From NCBI GenBank assembly GCA_963813715.1, contig CAWFAK010000008.1, forward strand, positions 32,001 through 96,000: a DNA stretch of 64,000 nucleotides, written 5' to 3'. Below the pieces are notes generated by a model. The model did not search any database and had not been told where the DNA came from. It saw only the letters and a program-made list of their open reading frames with translations. The position numbers and the translations under genes are program-made. The stretch is from an uncultured Planctomycetaceae bacterium (lineage in GTDB: Bacteria; Planctomycetota; Planctomycetia; Planctomycetales; Planctomycetaceae). Each line of letters starts with the position of its first letter. Position 1 is the stretch's first letter. Positions 57,649-64,000 of this stretch are shown here, piece by piece.

Positions 57649-58146
57649 ATGGACCTTCTCGATCGGCTCATCGAACACGACATTTGGACGACGCGGCAGC
57701 TCTTGGAGATTTGCCGCGGTCTCACCGACGAACAGCTCGATCGTCCGATCGACATCGGTCCCAAGACCGTGCGGCTCACGCTGCGGCACATCATCTACAA
57801 CATCGAGGCCTGGTCCGACCTGATGGCGGGCCGGCCGATGCGGAAGAATCCGCCGCTCGAGGAGGCGTCGATTTCCGCACTCAGCGACCGCCTCGACGCG
57901 GCGGCCACTGAGTTTACCCGGATCGCGCGGGACGTGGCCGACCGCGGAGCCTGGGACGAGAAATGGCTCAATCGGCGCCACGACCCGCCCAAGCAGCTGT
58001 CTTACGGCGGGACTATCGCTCACGTCATTACGCACAGCATGCACCACCGGGCACAGCTGCTATATATGCTGCGGCTACTGGGTGTTGAAGACCGGCCGGA
58101 GGGCGACGTACTGAGCTGGGAGGAATGGCGGTCGTCCGCGAAATAA
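57649..58146 (+). CDS. DinB family protein
   Basis: GGAGG RBS; HDIWTTRQLL, TLRHII, HVITHSMHHRAQ. Confidence 0.88.
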   Translation: MDLLDRLIEHDIWTTRQLLEICRGLTDEQLDRPIDIGPKTVRLTLRHIIYNIEAWSDLMAGRPMRKNPPLEEASISALSDRLDAAATEFTRIARDVADRGAWDEKWLNRRHDPPKQLSYGGTIAHVITHSMHHRAQLLYMLRLLGVEDRPEGDVLSWEEWRSSAK

Positions 58147-58226
58147 CGGCGCCACAAATAGCCGCACCGATTGGGTGCGTGGAACCGCTGTGCGTGACCT
58201 GCTTCGTGATCTTTCGCGGCAATCAA

Positions 58227-58264
58227 CAAAAAACTCCCGGCGGAAGCTCTCTCCCGCCGGGAGG
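58227..58264 (-). terminator. Intrinsic terminator between convergent genes
   Basis: CTCCCGGCGG...CCGCCGGGAG stem preceded by an A-tract (U-tract on the minus strand). Confidence 0.7.
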
Positions 58265-58284
58265 ATTCGGAACCTGTCGGGCTG

Positions 58285-58731
58285 TTACTTCTGCTTCGCG
58301 CTGCAGCACGCTTTCTTGTCACTGCAGCACTTTTCTCCAGACTGACAACACGCGGACTTCGCGTCGGTTGAGCAGCAGGCCAACTTGGCGTCACAGCAGG
58401 CCAGCTTGGCTTTGCAGCAGTCGGCGACTTGCGCGACGGTCTTCCCCGTCGATTTCATCGCACAACAGCAGCAGGTCTTGGCCGCGGCGGTCGCGACCGT
58501 CCCCTTCAGGCTTGCCGGGTGCGCGGCCATGCAGCAGGCTTTGCCTTCCGCACAGCACTTTGCGCCCTTCTGGCAACAGGCGGGCTTAGTCGCGCTCTGG
58601 CAGCACGGCAAGTTTTGCTGACAACAAGCGAGCTTGGCGGCACAACAATCGAGCGGCTTTTGCTCGGCCGTGACTCCGGGAATCACCAGTCCGAGGCCAA
58701 GGATCGCGCTCACAAACAAATTGACGAGCAT
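58285..58731 (-). CDS. Secreted Cys-rich CC-repeat protein (metallothionein-like)
   Basis: GGAGA RBS, signal peptide, 28 Cys in 148 aa, two modules with identical CC spacing. Confidence 0.8.
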   Translation of the reverse strand: MLVNLFVSAILGLGLVIPGVTAEQKPLDCCAAKLACCQQNLPCCQSATKPACCQKGAKCCAEGKACCMAAHPASLKGTVATAAAKTCCCCAMKSTGKTVAQVADCCKAKLACCDAKLACCSTDAKSACCQSGEKCCSDKKACCSAKQK

Positions 58732-58853
58732 GGGAACTTTCTCCAGAAAAAGAGCGTTGGAAATCCGCTTTCCCTGCGCGAGAACGCGCGCAGTTCAACA
58801 TCCGGTGGACGTCAGGAAGTGCGCCCGGCCAAAACGCCGTCGCACGGAGCGAA

Positions 58854-59282
58854 TCAACAGCGCCAAACGCACTGGAGAAGATGCAAGGGCGGCCCCTCAC
58901 CCATGAGCCAGTCCGACGGAGTGCCGTCGCAGACCGAGGGGAGAACAGGCAGCAGCTCACAGACTGGAATCGGCAGGACCACCGTCGGCGCGACCGACTG
59001 CTGCACGCGCTTGGCTTGCAACGCCGCATCACGCTGACAGCAGCATCGCACGCTCGGCCGACCCGGAACGCCGCCGCAATCAGCCATCTTTCGCACGGTC
59101 CGTCGCTGGCAGCACGACCGCTGGCAACAAGCCCGCTTGGGCTGAGCGGCTTGGTTTTGATCGGAACGGTGCTGATGGGCCTGGGACTGTTCGCCGAAAA
59201 CACTGCTGCAGCACCAGCCGGCCGGCAGAACCATGCCGACGGTGGAAACGAGCAACAGCACTCGAAACAGCCAGAGCTTCAT
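58854..59282 (-). CDS. Cys-rich putative leader protein ending CVWRC
   Basis: TATAAT 9 nt before ATG; signal-like N-terminus; WCC, ACC, SCC, RCCC; terminal GPPLHLLQCVWRC. Confidence 0.7.
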   Translation of the reverse strand: MKLWLFRVLLLVSTVGMVLPAGWCCSSVFGEQSQAHQHRSDQNQAAQPKRACCQRSCCQRRTVRKMADCGGVPGRPSVRCCCQRDAALQAKRVQQSVAPTVVLPIPVCELLPVLPSVCDGTPSDWLMGEGPPLHLLQCVWRC

Positions 59283-59424
59283 ACGCCTGCCATTATACCG
59301 GGCAAAAATGGGCCGGACCACAGATCTTTGCAGTCCGGCCCACCCGCTGTGAATTTTTGAGCGACAAACCGACGCGACAATTCGCCAAGCTCGGCTCTGG
59401 AAGATGCAACGGCCCCGCCACTGA

Positions 59425-60654
59425 TCAGTCGACGGTCCATAAAGTCACGGAGTCGAAATCCTTAATGTAAATCCGATTTCCCGCGGCGATCGGGTAGGCG
59501 TAAGTTCCCTCATCGGCGACTTTGTAGCTGGCAATTTTTTTAAATTTCTCAGCCGGCTCAAAGACGATCAGCTGCCCGTTCGTGGGCAGCGCGAGCAGGA
59601 CGGTGCCGACGTCAACGACCGACCCGTACCCGCGATCGCCGCGGACGCGTTCGGCCGCCCACGCCGGCTTGCCCGTTTCGGCGTTGATGCAGAACAGGAA
59701 GTTGCGGCTCGAAATCCCGAACAGCAAGCCGTTCTTGAGAACCGGCGTGTCGAATTGCACGGACAGCTGCGGGTTCGCCCAAAGCTCTTTCGCCGCGTAC
59801 GAGTCTCCTTGTTTTTCGATCTTGAGCGCCTTGATGCCGCGGAGTGAGCCCGAAATGTAGACGGTATTCCCGCTCACGATGGGAGTGGCGGCGTTGTAAC
59901 CCATTCCGCTCACGGCAAACGGCGTCTGCCAGAGGAGCTTTCCGTCGGCGAGCCCGACGCCCACGAGACTCTTGGCCGTCAGCGCCACAACCATTTTGAG
60001 GCCGTCGACCGTCAGCAGGGCGGGCGAGGCATAGGCCGTGCCATCGCCGGGCCAGTTCCATTTCTCGCCGCCGCTGGCAAGGTCGTACGCCACGATGCCG
60101 CCCTTGCTCTCCCCGCCCAACTGCACGATGCACAGCCCCTCCACTACGATTGGCGAGCACGAAGTGAAAAACCGGGGCGGCTTTTCTGCAGAGTCCGTTT
60201 TGCGCCAGAGGACTTTCGCGCTCGTGGCATCAAAGCAGGACAGAGTTCCCTGCACGCCCAAGGTCACGACTTTTCCGTCGGCCACTGTCGGCGAGCTGCG
60301 CGGTCCCGGGAATTGGGCGGCGGGCCCGCTAGGCGCCTTCGCGGCCTGTTTGTCGGCCCACAGCTCATTACCGGTCATGGCGTCGAGGCAAGAGGCGACT
60401 TCATCGTCATCTCGGCGCGCAAAGACATAGAGCTTGTCGCCGACCAGGGCGGGAGTGGCAACCCCGTTGCCGACGTTCACTTTCCACTTTTGCGTGAGAG
60501 TCTTGGGCCAGGTCGCCGGCGCCTTGAAGCCGGTGGCGATCGCATCCCGGTTGGGACCGCGCCATTGAGGCCAGTCCTGCGCCAATCCCTGGCTCGCGCC
60601 GCACAAGGCCAGGCAGCCGACAACAATTCCCACCCGCCGAATTGCGCTCGTCAT
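59425..60654 (-). CDS. PQQ-like beta-propeller protein
   Basis: QDWPQWRGPNRD, GPRSSPTV, AYASP, TYAYPIAAGNRIYIKD. Confidence 0.9.
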   Translation of the reverse strand: MTSAIRRVGIVVGCLALCGASQGLAQDWPQWRGPNRDAIATGFKAPATWPKTLTQKWKVNVGNGVATPALVGDKLYVFARRDDDEVASCLDAMTGNELWADKQAAKAPSGPAAQFPGPRSSPTVADGKVVTLGVQGTLSCFDATSAKVLWRKTDSAEKPPRFFTSCSPIVVEGLCIVQLGGESKGGIVAYDLASGGEKWNWPGDGTAYASPALLTVDGLKMVVALTAKSLVGVGLADGKLLWQTPFAVSGMGYNAATPIVSGNTVYISGSLRGIKALKIEKQGDSYAAKELWANPQLSVQFDTPVLKNGLLFGISSRNFLFCINAETGKPAWAAERVRGDRGYGSVVDVGTVLLALPTNGQLIVFEPAEKFKKIASYKVADEGTYAYPIAAGNRIYIKDFDSVTLWTVD

Positions 60655-61099
60655 AGCGGCTTCCTCCAAGCTGGTTCGATTGTGTTCCGTTCGACGAACG
60701 AGAAACTGCGATGTCCCCGTTCACCGAAGCCAATTGCCTGCGGCACTCCGCTGAGTCTATCGCGGCACCGAGGGGAATCAATTGCGCAACCGACGGAATC
60801 AATCGCACCTGAAGCAGTATTAACCGGCGACGTGTCCCGGCTGGGCGGACAGCCGCCGTCGCGGGGAGGTCGCCGAGGATTCCGCAATCCCACCGCAACT
60901 GGCGCTCTTAGTTTCATCGTTGTGCTGGTTTTCATCGTTGTGCTGATCGTCGCACGGAGGGAATCGCCGGACTCGGGCGCAGTCTCACGCAGTAGCGTTT
61001 GTCCGACATCCGACAAATGAAGTGTCGCTGCAGAAAATCCGAACCTTTCGCAATGTAACGACCATTCGCGCACGACGTGTCCTCGCCAGGAAATTCCTC

Positions 61100-61420
61100 A
61101 TGAACGTGCGACGAACGTTCCATACCGTCTGCGCGACCGCCATGACGGCGGGCGCGTCGTTGCTCCTCCCGGCTCTGGTCTCGGCCCAGGACAACGCGGC
61201 GCAGGTCGCGCAGCCCGGCGCCTCTTACGGTTCGTACGCACCCCAAGAATCCTCTGGCCGTTCGTGGTCCACGCACTGGCCCTTCCACCACGCCGGCTAC
61301 CGCGCGACGAATCCCACCTGGCGGCCGCTGCAACCGTGCGACTGGGGCTACGGCCCGTACGGACCCCGCAACAACTTAAATTCCAGTCAGCGCAGCCCGT
61401 CTGGGATGACCTGGTGGTAA
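61100..61420 (+). CDS. Small secreted hypothetical protein
   Basis: AGGA RBS, signal peptide ending VSA-Q, Trp/Tyr/Pro-rich tail. Confidence 0.55.
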   Translation: MNVRRTFHTVCATAMTAGASLLLPALVSAQDNAAQVAQPGASYGSYAPQESSGRSWSTHWPFHHAGYRATNPTWRPLQPCDWGYGPYGPRNNLNSSQRSPSGMTWW

Positions 61421-61530
61421 GCCGCTATTGTGGCTGACCGTCGTTAACCGCCGGCCCGCCGAGCGCCGAATTGCAAGTGGGCCAGAAACGGAAACGGGCG
61501 CTTTGCCGGGTTCTCGGTTTGCTGCCGAAC

Positions 61531-62277
61531 TCAGCCCGACGTGAGAACGTCCGGCAGCCGGTGGTAAAGCAGCTTAAAGAACACGGTGCCGAGGATTCCG
61601 CCGGGAATGCTCGCCACGTTGGCCAGAAAGTGGCAGAGGATGGCCGGCCAGAGGCTCCGCGTCCGAGCGCGTAGCACCGCGCAACCCCAGCCCGCGAAGA
61701 ACGTGCCCGCGACCAGCGTGCCGCCCCCTTGGATGCCCATGGGCGACCAGATCAGCGGCACATGCATGCCCGCGAAGACCAGGGTCGACGCAACGATCGA
61801 CGGCGCGAACGGCGACCGAGCGGCCGCCTCGTCACGCTCGGCGATCCATGATTGCACGAGCCCGCGGACGTAAATCTCTTCGGAGATGCTGCTCAACATC
61901 CAGATGCACAGCACGAGCTCCAGAAAATTCATCTTCGCTGCCAGCGGGTGCTTCACCCCCAGGAAGATCATCACGACGGTGGCCGACATCATGGCGAGCG
62001 CGGCCACCGAGATCCACGGGGCATAGGATCGGTTCCACCACGGTGCTTTGCGCCAACCCATCTCGCTGAGCTGTCGACCGAGCGCTAGCCACACCACGAG
62101 TGCCACGACGATCATTGTCGTCTTGAGCACGATCTGCGAAATGACGGGCGACGCAGCCCATTCCGGTTTGAGCACCGCTTTCAGCGAGTAGGCGATGCCG
62201 AGGAACAGTAGCAGACCAACCACGAAACCGACGACGGCCCGGACCCAGGGATTCCGCATGGGGTCAGTTTTCTCCAC
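61531..62277 (-). CDS. CPBP (CAAX/Abi) intramembrane metalloprotease
   Basis: EEIYVRG, FAGMH, SLWPAILCHFLAN. Confidence 0.9.
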   Translation of the reverse strand: MEKTDPMRNPWVRAVVGFVVGLLLFLGIAYSLKAVLKPEWAASPVISQIVLKTTMIVVALVVWLALGRQLSEMGWRKAPWWNRSYAPWISVAALAMMSATVVMIFLGVKHPLAAKMNFLELVLCIWMLSSISEEIYVRGLVQSWIAERDEAAARSPFAPSIVASTLVFAGMHVPLIWSPMGIQGGGTLVAGTFFAGWGCAVLRARTRSLWPAILCHFLANVASIPGGILGTVFFKLLYHRLPDVLTSG

Positions 62278-62326
62278 TTAAATTCAAATACAAATGTGGG
62301 AGAGTCCGGCCACTCGGACGCAGATG

Positions 62327-63761
62327 TTATTTCGCACACAGTTCTCGCAAAGCCGCGAGCAGGATCGGCGCCCCCTCGGGCAGTTCGCTGCGGATCAGGC
62401 TCGCCGTCTGATCGGTGGCCATTCGAGGCAGCCGAGGGTAATGAAAACGAACATCGGGATGGGACTTGGCCAAAAACTGGCAGAGCGTTTCGGCCGCTGC
62501 CTTGGCCGCCGCATACTCGCCAAGATTGAGCGGCAGCTCGTGGACATAGACTGACGAGGGGTAAAGGACCCGCGTCAGGTCCGATCCCGAGCCGCGGACG
62601 GCGGCAAATGCCTCGCCAAAGCCGGCGACGTAATACGCCGCGAAGTCCTGAAAACGGGCGATGCTAAAACGACGATCGGCCGACGACGCAATATAAGGTG
62701 TCGCGAAGTAAGCAAGCAGCGTCGGCCGCCAATCGCCCATTAGGGTTGGAAGCCGCTCGGCATCGGTCCGCACGTCGTAGGCGAAGGGCCGGGCGATCGC
62801 TCCGCCAGCGGCGAGTTCGGCTGCGACACTTTTGGCATCCGCGGCACCCCGGTGATAGGTGAACCAGACGTCGGCTCCGCCTGCAGCGAGCAGCTTGACG
62901 GTCAGTTCGCCCAATCCTCTCGAGCCGCCGATCACGAGCGCCCGCTCGCCGCGAAATTCGTCGGGCCTGACCAGGGCTCGCACTGTGTTGAACGACGGTT
63001 GTGGCTGCGGTTCGGGCCGCACGAACGCCGTCACAGTCCCCGCGAAACCGGGAGCGTCCAGCCGCAACTCCAATCGTGAAACGCGCTCGTCGAAATCTTC
63101 GGTTCGATAGCTGAGGACCGCGCTCTCCGCCGACGGCGATTGATTATCTCGCAAGTCGAGCCCGGCCAAGACCGAGTTTCGGCCGGGCGCCTCCATGCCG
63201 ACCACGCGTGTGGCCGCCAACAGCGTCGCGATCTGTTCGGCAGGCAGTGCCCGCGCAGCGTGGGGAAAGAGTCGAGCGGCGAGCGCGGGCTCCAAGCAAA
63301 GGGGCAGTTGTCCGGCCGCCGACTGCAGTTCGACTGAGGTCGGTTCGCGACAAGCTTCCCGCGGCGGGATCAGGCTCGAAATCTGGGGTGCGATTGGCGT
63401 GACGACGCTTGCTGCCGTTTCGTACGCGACGTTCGCAGTCAGCAGCGAAATTCCGTCGGCCGCGACCTCAAACCGCACGTTCGCGGCATCTTTGCTCTCC
63501 ACAGCCAGCTCGACGCCGACGTTGAGACGCGATCGAATTGCGAAACCGGACCTTCAAACGTGCGAGCCGAGTCAAAGCCGAGTTTTCCCCCAGCCAGCCA
63601 TCGAGGGCCCACAAGAGCGCGTGCATCCCGTGGACAACCTGCTGCCCAAACAAGAAGCGGCGCGCGGCGATCGGATCGAGGTGAATGGGATTGTAATCGC
63701 CCGAGAGACGGGCGAAGGCGAGTTGATCGTCAGTGGTGAAGGCTCGGGTTCGCAGTGCCAT
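62327..63761 (-). CDS. MaoC dehydratase plus SDR oxidoreductase fusion (frameshift near 63500-63530)
   Basis: FARLSGDYNPIHLD..VVHGM; ALVIGGSRGLG; YAAAK. Confidence 0.8.
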
Positions 63762-64000
63762 CGATCCGGGCGAGGGAGATTCAACGACGGCGACGGAACA
63801 AGTGTCGTCAGAACCACTGCGTCGCGGGTTGTTAATCGGACCGCACGTGAGGGGACGTCTGGGTTCGGTCCGGGCTTCGGCCCAATTCTCCCCCGAAAAC
63901 CAACCGAACACAATCACCGTCGTCACCGGCCGTACAAGGCAGTCGATAGTGTCGACCGCTTCCGGTTTGGTTCCGCGGCTCCCGGCCGCCGGAAGGTTAC

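Noticed and set aside
50908..64000. Genomic island integrated at tRNA-Lys
   Set aside because: No integrase and no repeat of the tRNA 3' end seen within the window.

Overview
GC-rich bacterial chromosomal window, almost certainly a planctomycete (DUF1559 prepilin-type, DUF1501, DUF1549/DUF1553 cytochrome c, LEPR-XLL-like and PQQ-propeller genes). It holds about 45 genes: an MdtABC RND pump, ABC exporters, ExbB/ExbD/ExbD, mog, glutathione peroxidase, cyclophilin, DinB/RidA/isochorismatase genes and tRNA-Lys(CTT). There are five insertion sequences. Four sit inside different REP-like palindromes and one splits a hydrolase gene. Both IS110-family elements have non-coding ends whose short segments match their own target and donor junctions, as expected for bridge/seekRNAs. 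The most novel-looking content is two Cys-rich putative leader ORFs. One precedes a signal-peptide protein built from two identically spaced six-CC modules (28 Cys, metallothionein-like). The other has CxxC plus a terminal RGPP and precedes a DUF1559 gene. Many genes carry small frameshifts, most likely long-read consensus errors. All family calls come from motif recognition, not from database searches.
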